This document shows positions 50,238 to 58,190 of a stretch of DNA of 64,000 nucleotides, one piece after another. Position numbers and translations under genes: made by a program. The stretch is from an uncultured virus (IMG/VR IMGVR_UViG_3300030106_006575) (lineage: Duplodnaviria > Heunggongvirae > Uroviricota > Caudoviricetes). The stretch lies in IMG/VR virus record IMGVR_UViG_3300030106_006575. One strand, 5' to 3'. The first letter of the stretch is position 1. Each line of letters starts with the position of its first letter. The notes beneath the pieces are model-generated. The model was not told where the DNA came from, ran no database searches, and saw only the letters and a list, made by a program, of their open reading frames with translations.

Positions 50238-50562
50238 AAATGAACAGCCAATAGAGGAAAAGATTTCCACAGATGCTGAAGAATTGAAGCCAAAGCCGGC
50301 AACAAAGCTGGCTCCTCGCGGAATTGAAACATTTACTGTCTGTCGGCAATCTGATGAAAGCGGAGTTTCGGGCACAGGAGTTGTCATAGAAGGCGTTCAA
50401 TATGCTACCGGACAGGTCGTTCTACATTGGCTAACGCCGTTTCCCAAAGGCTCAATCGCAATATTCGAGAGCCTAACAGATTTTAAGAAAGTACACATCA
50501 ATCCACACCCAGATAACAAGACCATTATTACTTGGTCTGATGGCCGACAAGAAGAATTATAA
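50221..50562 (+). CDS. Conserved phage hypothetical protein
   Basis: R..DESGVSGTGVV.EGV...G.VVLHW motif. Confidence 0.7.
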   Translation: MSEQDENEQPIEEKISTDAEELKPKPATKLAPRGIETFTVCRQSDESGVSGTGVVIEGVQYATGQVVLHWLTPFPKGSIAIFESLTDFKKVHINPHPDNKTIITWSDGRQEEL

Positions 50563-50590
50563 ACTACTTATTATAACGGGAGGAAACACT

Positions 50591-51532
50591 ATGTCCTTTG
50601 AGCAAGGGTGGAAGAATTATCAAAAAATCACGGAAGCTATGGAGCAAACTCCGTTTAAGAGTGACGCACAGAAAAACTTTAAAGATTTGCGTAGACGTAA
50701 CGATATATACACCACGAAGGGAGGGCATAAGAATAAGAAAGCCGGAAGCCCGTTTACTGGAAAGGTTAAAAGATTTGGCACATCCAGACTGCGTTTTGAG
50801 GGACTACAAGAGAAAATAGACCAGCAAGCTCTAAAATCATTTGAAGTAAATGATACACTGGAGCCAAATGTCTGGGAAGATGATAAGCTGATTCCAGAGG
50901 TTCGCAAGGCATTATTAAAGATTGCGAATGATTTTCTTATCGACTTCCCGTTCAAGGTGACGGTTGAAGATATAACTTTAACCGGCTCTTTAGCGAATTA
51001 TAACTGGTCAAAATACTCGGATGTTGACCTTCATATTGTTTTAGATTTTTCACAGGTTGATGAGAATGAGGAGCTTGTAGCTGGTTTTTTCAAGAACCTC
51101 CAAACAAACTGGAACAACCGACACGATATTTTAATGAAAGGCTACGAAGTCGAAATCTATTTTCAAGACTCTCGCGAACCTCACCTTTCAACAGGAATAT
51201 ACTCAATTGAAAGGGACGATTGGCTGGTTAAATCGGAGCCGGAACCAGTTAGTATCGACTATGCAAACATAGAGAAGAAAGCAGAAGATATTGTAGATAG
51301 AATCGATCATATCGAGCAAATGATGGCAGACGAAGAAGGTGAAGCCGTTCTCGATGCAATCGACCGATTAAAGGCAAAGATACGGAACATGCGGAAGACT
51401 GGGCTTGAAGGCGCTGGACAATACTCAGTTGAAAACTTGGCGTTCAAAGTTCTCCGAAGAAGCGAGGAACTAGGTCGTCTTTCCGACCTCAAGGCGAAAG
51501 CCTATGATGAACTTATGACAGTTCCAAAATAA
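50591..51532 (+). CDS. Pol-beta-superfamily nucleotidyltransferase
   Basis: TGSLANYNWS.YSDVDLH, YEVEIY, GE/QYS.ENL.FK; late-like motif at 50563. Confidence 0.75.
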   Translation: MSFEQGWKNYQKITEAMEQTPFKSDAQKNFKDLRRRNDIYTTKGGHKNKKAGSPFTGKVKRFGTSRLRFEGLQEKIDQQALKSFEVNDTLEPNVWEDDKLIPEVRKALLKIANDFLIDFPFKVTVEDITLTGSLANYNWSKYSDVDLHIVLDFSQVDENEELVAGFFKNLQTNWNNRHDILMKGYEVEIYFQDSREPHLSTGIYSIERDDWLVKSEPEPVSIDYANIEKKAEDIVDRIDHIEQMMADEEGEAVLDAIDRLKAKIRNMRKTGLEGAGQYSVENLAFKVLRRSEELGRLSDLKAKAYDELMTVPK

Positions 51533-51539
51533 TATGAGA

Positions 51540-51591
51540 TGTCAAAAAAATGTAAATCACCCTTGACAGTACGACCACAGGTGATTATATT
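51540..51591 (+). promoter_or_regulatory. Sigma70 promoter with upstream inverted 11-bp direct-repeat box
   Basis: TGTCAA-N5-TGTAAA, then TTGACA-17-TATATT. Confidence 0.6.
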
Positions 51592-51791
51592 AATAACTGA
51601 ACGCGGGAGAATTAACTTACCGTGAGCAGCAAAAAGAGGAAAATTATGATTTCGGATTTAAATATCACGATTGTAATGGATGAAGCAACAGAAATAATGT
51701 CTCTCATTGATGAGATTGCGAGTGAGCAGAACCCAGAAATTAAGTTTGAACATGTGCTTTGCTGGTGGATAGCTAGTGAGCCCGCCGAGGC

Positions 51792-51833
51792 TTGACATTT
51801 TTGCTTGACTTCAAATCCTTTCGGTGCTATAAT
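51792..51833 (+). promoter_or_regulatory. Sigma70 promoter
   Basis: TTGACT-17-TATAAT with an extra upstream TTGACA. Confidence 0.65.
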
Positions 51834-51953
51834 GTATAGACAAAGTTTGTTTTTTATACTATTTAGTAGTGACCTATGGAGGGATTGATATGAGACGGGG
51901 TAAGCCAAGGAAGAATAGCAAGAGAAAAGAGAACTTAGCCCTCACAGTTAAAC

Positions 51954-52601
51954 ATGACATCGCTGAAGTATCAGATAGNNNNNNNNNNTTTAGCCCGCGT
52001 TTACGAGCATATGATGGCACACGAAACCGCCGCGATTACTGCTTTCCGAGATGATCCTCTTGATGGTTCAAAGTGTTCTGACACCGCAGTCGTTGAAGAA
52101 CCAACCGAAGAGGAGGCTTTGAAGGTTAATCTGCGTAGAAACAAAGAACTTAAAGCAGTGCTCTTGTCGATGCACTACGGCGTTACAAAGGTGGCTGGCT
52201 CCTACATCGAAGCCTTCGGAACCGAGGCAGCACGAGAAGTAAGCGAGCAATCCTTTATGGTTGTGAACCTCGTCGATGACCCTGGCTTTCAAGATAACAT
52301 TAAAATGCTAGGCGAAAGATTCTGTCAAGACTCAGTTCTAATCGTGCCAAAGGGCGGAAAGGGAGCTTATCTCTACGGAACCAACAGTTCGGAATTCCCC
52401 GGCTTTGGTGAGAGCTTTCAGACCGGCGATTTCAAAGGCGGCGAGGAAGCTGAGTTTATGAGCCGTGTCGATGGACGACCATATACGTTTGGTGAAGAAC
52501 TCAATGAAGAAATCACCTTAGAGACACTCGCAGACCACGGACGGAATTCTCGCTGGGTGATTCGCAAAATCTCAGATAGAATCTTGAATAAATCGTCTTG
52601 A
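51954..52601 (+). CDS. Putative SAM lyase (T3 SAMase-like); start uncertain because of N gap at 51979-51988
   Basis: ITAFR, VN.RRN, YG, GSYIE, EQSF.V, F.QDSVLI, AYLY, DGRPY order matches T3 SAMase motifs as recalled. Confidence 0.55.
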   Translation: MTSLKYQIXXXXLARVYEHMMAHETAAITAFRDDPLDGSKCSDTAVVEEPTEEEALKVNLRRNKELKAVLLSMHYGVTKVAGSYIEAFGTEAAREVSEQSFMVVNLVDDPGFQDNIKMLGERFCQDSVLIVPKGGKGAYLYGTNSSEFPGFGESFQTGDFKGGEEAEFMSRVDGRPYTFGEELNEEITLETLADHGRNSRWVIRKISDRILNKSS

Positions 52602-52651
52602 CATTTTCTTGACATCTTTTGCTTGACTTCCGAATATCTCAGTGTTATAAT
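52598..52651 (+). promoter_or_regulatory. Sigma70 promoter with upstream TTGACA-N5-TTGACA box
   Basis: Box at 52598-52614; TTGACT-17-TATAAT at 52623-52651. Confidence 0.7.
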
Positions 52652-52672
52652 GTATAGACAAATGGGGGAACT

Positions 52673-53110
52673 ATGTCATTCATTAAACTAAACGACCAAA
52701 TGCACACTAAATTTTTCACCGTCGCAGAGGGTGATTGCCGCTCCCATTCTGACACACACGGGGAGGTTTCAATCCAGAGCGACACGCAAAGTTGGCCCAC
52801 CGAAGTATATCTGTTCAGAAGCCGGGAAGATGCTGGACAATATGTGCGAGATTACTGGGAAGATTTTGTCAACCATGAATCCTCGGAAGAGGTTGTCGCC
52901 ATGCTCGGCGCTGAAACTCTCATTTCGTGGGCACTTGGTCGGTTAGCCGGTCCCGGCACTATCAAGGTCAAGAGCTTAGAAGAGTGGTTGGACCTGTATC
53001 TTGACGTACCCGAAGAGCATTTTGAAGAAGAATTCGATGTGGATGCCATTGGTGAAAACATCGTTGAAATCTTAGGTTTCAAGCCCGCAGTCGCGTTTTG
53101 GAACAACTAG
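52673..53110 (+). CDS. Hypothetical acidic protein
   Basis: Directly downstream of the promoter, GGGG RBS. Confidence 0.65.
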   Translation: MSFIKLNDQMHTKFFTVAEGDCRSHSDTHGEVSIQSDTQSWPTEVYLFRSREDAGQYVRDYWEDFVNHESSEEVVAMLGAETLISWALGRLAGPGTIKVKSLEEWLDLYLDVPEEHFEEEFDVDAIGENIVEILGFKPAVAFWNN

Positions 53111-53111
53111 T

Positions 53112-53480
53112 ATGGAGCGACCGCAAGAAGAAATTGAATGGCATTTCGAGCGTTTCTGCGAGCTTATCCAGAAGATGCAAGACGAGCGCACTAAAATTAG
53201 CCTTATGGAAATAACTTATAAAGTTAGAGTTAGAAAGGGGCATAAATACTGGAAAATCTTTATTGATGAAGAAGAATATGTGCCGTGGCTTAACGAAAAT
53301 ACAGTCCAACGTGCCGACATTTTTGGCTTTGTACGCCGAAAAGATGGAGCCATCTTCCGTGCCGCATCATACAAATCACCAGAAACTCGCACCAAAAGTG
53401 CAATAAGAGGGTATGTGTACGACCCAAATCCAGAAGAATACTTTACAGAATACGGAATTATTTATGCGGAGGGAACATAA
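53112..53480 (+). CDS. Conserved phage hypothetical protein
   Basis: KY.KI...FGFV...G.IF.AASYK.P...RG pattern. Confidence 0.7.
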   Translation: MERPQEEIEWHFERFCELIQKMQDERTKISLMEITYKVRVRKGHKYWKIFIDEEEYVPWLNENTVQRADIFGFVRRKDGAIFRAASYKSPETRTKSAIRGYVYDPNPEEYFTEYGIIYAEGT

Positions 53481-53482
53481 CA

Positions 53483-53986
53483 ATGGCTGCTAAACATTTA
53501 TCTGCCCGTGAAAACTGGCAAAAGAAAGCAAGCGAGATCGGCATTAGAGGCGAGATCACCCTTGCTGCCGCCCTTCGCTGCACCTTTCCACGGCAATACG
53601 AGGTGATAGAGAAGCCACCTAAGTTGTGTATTTACCCGGAAAGGCCAGGGAAAAAACGGAAAGGCATTTGCCCAGATATAAAGATTATCAATCATAACAC
53701 GGGCAAGTCTCTATATCTTGAGAAGAAGACGGGTGACGCATGCGCCGGCAATGCGCATAATCGTGCCGGCGTGTATATGGGAGGAGGTAGAAAACGTGCT
53801 GTCCGTCGCGTCGATCCTAGCGTGGCCGATGAGCCTTTCTTTATAGTGTTCTCTGGAGCCACTTTCCAACTCGAAGAATACCAAGACAGGATAAAAGTTG
53901 ACTTCGAGTGCACACCCCACGCTATAATGGACCCAGATTTTGCGAATATTAACGAAGTTGCAAAGCGGATCATGGAGATTGTATGA
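53483..53986 (+). CDS. Putative type II restriction endonuclease (PD-(D/E)xK, MunI-like)
   Basis: PD.KIIN..TGKSLYLEKK, GNAH; ATGA-coupled to the methylase. Confidence 0.55.
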   Translation: MAAKHLSARENWQKKASEIGIRGEITLAAALRCTFPRQYEVIEKPPKLCIYPERPGKKRKGICPDIKIINHNTGKSLYLEKKTGDACAGNAHNRAGVYMGGGRKRAVRRVDPSVADEPFFIVFSGATFQLEEYQDRIKVDFECTPHAIMDPDFANINEVAKRIMEIV

Positions 53987-54984
53987 AGCCACTGTTTATG
54001 TGGGCTGGCGGTAAAACCAAGTTGCTCGATACTTTTGCTGAACACCTACCAGAAAGTTTTGATACATACATTGAGCCTTTCTTTGGTGGTGGAGCTATGT
54101 TTACATGGGCACACTCCAAAAATCCAGATGCAAAGTTCGTAATTAACGATATAAATCCATACATTATGGAGATTTATCGTACAATCAAAAATGATTTGCA
54201 GCAGTTTTACAATATCCTTGATGACTTGGAAGCTAAGTATATCGCACTTGCGCCGCCAACTTACAAGAAGATTGTTTATCTGGATGGCAAGAAGAAGACG
54301 AAGTGGGTTCCCCACGAAGACGGCAAGCCGGACAAAGACCTGGAGAAAAGTCATAAATTAAAGGGCAATACTTACGATTGGGATAGCATTTATCGCCTTC
54401 GTCCTTCCCGTCGAACTTTTTTCTTTAAGGCACGGGCTTTATATCAGGAAAATCTGCATAACTGGAGTGTAACCCGGCGTTCGGCATATCTTTATTTTTT
54501 AATGAAAACGGCGTTTAATGGTGTTTGGCAAGCCAAGGCTGGTACAGATATTTTTAACACTCCATGCGGGCTGATGAGACAAAAAGATACCATTTATGAT
54601 AAAGACAACGTGTTGCTCTGGAATAAAGCACTTCAGAAGGCGACTATTTTGGATGGGGATTTCCAGCAAGCATTAAGTCACGCTTCTGGTAACGCATTTG
54701 TTTATTTAGACCCTCCATATCGCGGAGGCTTCGCAGATTACAACACCAAGAAAGATGATGATTTTCAAGAATTAGTTATTAAGTTTTTTGAAAACTGTAA
54801 AAGTAGAGGCTCATACTGCCTTTTGTCGAATCGTGACTTGGGCGACAGCTTCTTCTTGTCAAGAAAAGGAACTAACAAGCTGGTATATTTCGATGTGACT
54901 TATACTGTCGGCAGAAAGAAGAAGACTGAAGATGGTGGTCACGAAGCCACAAAAGCACGCGAGATATTGATGATAGGACAGTAA
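53983..54984 (+). CDS. DNA N6-adenine methyltransferase (Dam/D12 class)
   Basis: WAGGK, YIEPFFGGGA, INDIN, YLDPPY. Confidence 0.92.
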   Translation: MKPLFMWAGGKTKLLDTFAEHLPESFDTYIEPFFGGGAMFTWAHSKNPDAKFVINDINPYIMEIYRTIKNDLQQFYNILDDLEAKYIALAPPTYKKIVYLDGKKKTKWVPHEDGKPDKDLEKSHKLKGNTYDWDSIYRLRPSRRTFFFKARALYQENLHNWSVTRRSAYLYFLMKTAFNGVWQAKAGTDIFNTPCGLMRQKDTIYDKDNVLLWNKALQKATILDGDFQQALSHASGNAFVYLDPPYRGGFADYNTKKDDDFQELVIKFFENCKSRGSYCLLSNRDLGDSFFLSRKGTNKLVYFDVTYTVGRKKKTEDGGHEATKAREILMIGQ

Positions 54985-54996
54985 TAAGCTATATTT

Positions 54997-55073
54997 GCCC
55001 CTTTAGTTCAGTTGGTTAGAGCACCCGGCTCATAACCGGATAGTCGCTGGTTCGAGTCCAGCAGGGGGCACCA
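54997..55073 (+). tRNA. tRNA with CAT anticodon, most similar to tRNA-Ile2 (lysidine type)
   Basis: Cloverleaf: GCCCCTT/AGGGGGC acceptor stem, CTCATAA loop, GTTCGAGTC T-arm, encoded CCA. Confidence 0.9.
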
Positions 55074-55093
55074 TTTAACTAGGGAATCGTCTC

Positions 55094-55147
55094 TTGACAT
55101 TTTCTTTACAATTAATCATTGACATACGCCTCGATTGGTAGTATAAT
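55094..55147 (+). promoter_or_regulatory. Sigma70 promoter with upstream direct-repeat box
   Basis: TTGACA-N5-TTTACA, then TTGACA-17-TATAAT. Confidence 0.7.
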
Positions 55148-55174
55148 TATAATTGAATCAACACGGAGTATTAA

Positions 55175-55348
55175 ATGAAAGTTGGTAATTTTGTCGAAAA
55201 ACGTGGGTCAAAGGGCAGTCTGGGATTCATTTCTGAATACCGAGACAAGTCAGACTCTTGGAAGGTTGTGTGGATGAGGGGAGAGAAACAAGGTTCGACC
55301 TCCGTTACAAGAGAAAAGGATTTAATTATGCCAAGGTCATATAAATAA
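55175..55348 (+). CDS. Isolated MKVG-family small SH3/KOW-like protein (57 aa; not in ORF track)
   Basis: MKVGNFVEK...LGFI...WKVVW; GGAG RBS. Confidence 0.6.
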   Translation: MKVGNFVEKRGSKGSLGFISEYRDKSDSWKVVWMRGEKQGSTSVTREKDLIMPRSYK

Positions 55349-55417
55349 TGGCTATTTGGGAAAATGCTGATGGAAGCTTGAGCTTCTTTCTACTAGTTAA
55401 CAATAGAGGGTATACAG

Positions 55418-55591
55418 ATGCAGCCTTGGATAATAGAAGAACTGGAACAACTAAGACAGCAAAGGGATCGAAAAACAGAGGTACAACCTTATCTTACGAT
55501 CCCCAATCCAATGTGGGAATATCCGCCAGATGATGAATGTGCAGATGATAATGAGGGTGTTGCGATTGTAGACTTTGAAATTAAATTATGA
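55418..55591 (+). CDS. Small hypothetical protein (57 aa; not in ORF track)
   Basis: GAGG RBS; MQPWIIEELEQ...GVAIVDFEI. Confidence 0.55.
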   Translation: MQPWIIEELEQLRQQRDRKTEVQPYLTIPNPMWEYPPDDECADDNEGVAIVDFEIKL

Positions 55592-55795
55592 GAAAAGACA
55601 GGCGCAAACCCTATTGTCCATAACAACAATAAAGGATTAGGACGGTGTTCAATGCCAACGACGAACACCCTAAACCCGGTTAGGAGGCTTTTTATTATGA
55701 TAGCCAAGAAGCGAAAAGCAGTTGACGGTTGGCTGGGGTGGTGGTCCCGCACCGAGGATATGCGGAATCCGGCGTTTGTGCCTGTCTTTTCTCTC

Positions 55796-55850
55796 TTGAC
55801 ATTTACTTGACAATTTAAGTCTTTACTTTTCTATCAAATGGTTGTATAAT
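55796..55850 (+). promoter_or_regulatory. Sigma70 promoter with upstream direct-repeat box
   Basis: TTGACA-N5-TTGACA, TTTACT-17-TATAAT; nearly identical to 61698-61752. Confidence 0.7.
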
Positions 55851-55880
55851 ATATAAGTAAGGTCAAGGAGGGCTAACAAC

Positions 55881-56102
55881 ATGGCAGCAAATTTAGATAA
55901 CGTAATGACTTGGGAACAGGCATGTATACAGTTTGAAGCTGTGATATTGCCCTGTGTGGTGGCAGAGTACGAGCAGGATGGGCGACCTGATTGGCCCGCT
56001 CGCTCCGAGGCTTGGAACAACTGGACCGACGCGCTCTGTAAGGGCGATCAGATTTCTGATTGGCAGTACGAGAACTGGTCACAATCACCATTGTGCGGAT
56101 AG
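55881..56102 (+). CDS. Small hypothetical protein
   Basis: AGGAGG RBS; EAWNNWTDALCK.G.I..WQY motif. Confidence 0.7.
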   Translation: MAANLDNVMTWEQACIQFEAVILPCVVAEYEQDGRPDWPARSEAWNNWTDALCKGDQISDWQYENWSQSPLCG

Positions 56103-56112
56103 GAGGTATATT

Positions 56113-56484
56113 ATGGGAATTAGAAGCGAAGTAGCGATTTGTATGAAAGAGTGTGTGCATAGGCACCTGTCCCCAGAAGCAAGGAAGTTCCTTAAAGAAT
56201 GGCATTTTGAGGAAAGGGAGCGGATTAAAACTGGTGAGGATGCTGGTAGGTTATTCCACACAAGCGACGTGAAGTGGTATTCAGATAGTTACGAGGATAT
56301 TATAGCTTTTATGCGGCATCTTCACGAGGAACATGATGAGGATGATTGGCTGCTGATTAATGCGTGCCCCGAATATCCGAATGATGATACTGGTGATGCT
56401 GGGGGCTGGTATGAGAATCCTTGGAATCTTTACAAGCGCGTATCTGTAGATTTAGATTGGGATTATGCGGAGGTCCAATTATGA
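56113..56484 (+). CDS. Hypothetical protein
   Basis: AGGAGGT RBS; MGIRSEVAI...VKWY. Confidence 0.7.
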   Translation: MGIRSEVAICMKECVHRHLSPEARKFLKEWHFEERERIKTGEDAGRLFHTSDVKWYSDSYEDIIAFMRHLHEEHDEDDWLLINACPEYPNDDTGDAGGWYENPWNLYKRVSVDLDWDYAEVQL

Positions 56485-56726
56485 GAGAGGAAGTATATAT
56501 TTGCACTTATGAACACAAGCATGGCGAGGATACATCAGTCCATTGGACGATGGAAGGGGCAGAAGCCTATCTTCGCCAACTTGCTAGAGAGAACCTTGAA
56601 GAATGGGGGGAAGACCTAACACAATACAGCGATGATGTTGATGCTTGGAATGAGGTATGGCGTAACTGGCACGATATTGCAGGTATGACCGAGTTTATGC
56701 GAATCGAAGTGCATAAAGTACATTAA
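56481..56726 (+). CDS. Hypothetical protein
   Basis: GGAGG RBS; ATGA coupling. Confidence 0.65.
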   Translation: MREEVYICTYEHKHGEDTSVHWTMEGAEAYLRQLARENLEEWGEDLTQYSDDVDAWNEVWRNWHDIAGMTEFMRIEVHKVH

Positions 56727-56771
56727 CAACAAAGGATAATATAGGATGAATCTGATAAGTCAGAAATAAGT

Positions 56772-56981
56772 AACGGGTGAATGAGGCAGGTAAACACAAG
56801 TGCGAGTTATCCTCCGCTTGTGTAACATTGGAAGCGTTCAAAGCCAGACACGAACGCATGGCACAACAAGCGCCGAGGCTGTATTGCTCAAGACTCGCTG
56901 TGTCTAGGCCGAAAGGTAGTTGAAAGCTGGATAGCGAGGGAGACGCGGTAAAGACAGCGACCCCTACCTCATTCGCCCGTT
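56772..56981 (+). ncRNA. Putative structured non-coding RNA (unassigned family; strand assumed from flanking genes)
   Basis: 15-bp closing helix 56772-56786/56967-56981 enclosing several hairpins and a GAAA tetraloop; no + strand ORF. Confidence 0.55.
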
Positions 56982-57038
56982 TTAAATTCTTAACTTTTAA
57001 ACTTAACAACCAACAAAACCTTCATTATGGAGTTTATA

Positions 57039-57365
57039 ATGAAAACAGTCACAGCTAGCAATCTACGAGTACAGTTTACAGATATTCTAAAAGACCTTTC
57101 AACTGGTCCGGTCAACATTACTAAACACGGCAAGACAATTGCAGTCCTTACAAGCCCTGAGAGCCCCGTGAAGCGCGTTTCAAGGGTAGCCCCGACTATA
57201 GACCCGTTTGGCTCTTACGAAGAGCCTAGCGAGCCAGTACAGGCACTTATAAACGTCCTCTCCGATGACGAAGATGATGAGGGAGAGCCGCCCGACTGGG
57301 ACGCTCAGATGGAGGCAGACTTTGATAGGTATATAGAAAATATGATTGAAACAAATACAGCTTGA
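57039..57365 (+). CDS. Phd/YefM-type antitoxin domain protein with acidic tail
   Basis: MKTVTASNLR..F..IL.....GPV.ITKHGK.IAVL. Confidence 0.75.
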   Translation: MKTVTASNLRVQFTDILKDLSTGPVNITKHGKTIAVLTSPESPVKRVSRVAPTIDPFGSYEEPSEPVQALINVLSDDEDDEGEPPDWDAQMEADFDRYIENMIETNTA

Positions 57366-57382
57366 AGCTGGCTTTACCACAC

Positions 57383-57437
57383 TTGACATTTTCTTTACAA
57401 TTTAGGGCTGGACTTCCAGCCCATTTGGTTGTATAAT
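57383..57437 (+). promoter_or_regulatory. Sigma70 promoter with upstream direct-repeat box
   Basis: TTGACA-N5-TTTACA, TGGACT-17-TATAAT. Confidence 0.65.
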
Positions 57438-57443
57438 ATATGT

Positions 57444-57626
57444 ATGAATGAGAAAATAAAAGTCGGTGATATTGTAGTTCGGACATACGGGGAAGGAGAA
57501 CGCCCCCGTGGATTCGTTTTAGGGAAGCGCTACGTCGATGGGTTGATAGTCCGATGGTTTGGGCCAGCAATGAAAGAAGAAGTTATTAGTGCAAGATACT
57601 TGGAGGTTATAAATGAAAGTCGGTGA
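57444..57626 (+). CDS. MKVGDLV-family small protein (possibly leaderless)
   Basis: IKVGDIV...LEVINESR; ATG 7 nt after the -10 box. Confidence 0.7.
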   Translation: MNEKIKVGDIVVRTYGEGERPRGFVLGKRYVDGLIVRWFGPAMKEEVISARYLEVINESR

Positions 57627-57849
57627 TTTGGTAATGTTTAAGCACAATAACCCCACCTATTCAAAGTGGTTTGGCGGTGAGCTTGGTATTGTAATAAGCT
57701 ATACAGCCAAAGCGCCAGATGGTCATGCTCACTGTCGCGTTCAGTGGGTTAGACCAGTTAAATACTTTAAAAGTTGGACTACAAGTTCTGACTTTAAGGC
57801 CGATAATTATGAGGTTGTCAATGAAAGTCGGCGATTTAGTAACTTATAG
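57613..57849 (+). CDS. MKVGDLV-family small protein
   Basis: MKVGDLV...LGIV...VQW...YEVVNESR. Confidence 0.75.
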   Translation: MKVGDLVMFKHNNPTYSKWFGGELGIVISYTAKAPDGHAHCRVQWVRPVKYFKSWTTSSDFKADNYEVVNESRRFSNL

Positions 57850-58000
57850 CTCGCCATCGATAACTGGCAACTTTATCGGTCTAGTCACTGAAACTGGTAT
57901 TTGGACGGGCAATTGCGATGTAAAAGTTTTGTGGTGTGGTGATTCTCAGGCACAAACGTATAAAAGTGCTTACTTGAAGGTCATCAATGAAGGTCGGTGA
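57821..58000 (+). CDS. MKVGDLV-family small protein
   Basis: MKVGDLV...IGLV...VLW...LKVINEGR. Confidence 0.75.
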   Translation: MKVGDLVTYSSPSITGNFIGLVTETGIWTGNCDVKVLWCGDSQAQTYKSAYLKVINEGR

Positions 58001-58190
58001 TTTAGTAAAGTTGAAACCAAACGCAGCGGAAGGAAATGCTGAAAGCGTAGGTTTGGGGGTTGTTATCAAGGAGGGAAAAGATGAACATAATCAGGAGTTT
58101 GCATATGTTGTATTTCTGAAAATGCAAGGCAAACCTTGGTTTCGCTACAAAACAGAGTTGGAATTAGTTGAAGATGTCAAGAAAATGTAA
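57987..58190 (+). CDS. MKVGDLV-family small protein
   Basis: MKVGDLVKL...LGVV...LELV. Confidence 0.75.
   Translation: MKVGDLVKLKPNAAEGNAESVGLGVVIKEGKDEHNQEFAYVVFLKMQGKPWFRYKTELELVEDVKKM

Noticed and set aside
56800..56975. Group II intron remnant (GTGCG near 56800, CCCCTACC near the 3' end)
   Set aside because: No recognisable domain V with an AGC/CGC triad, far too short, and no interrupted gene or RT.
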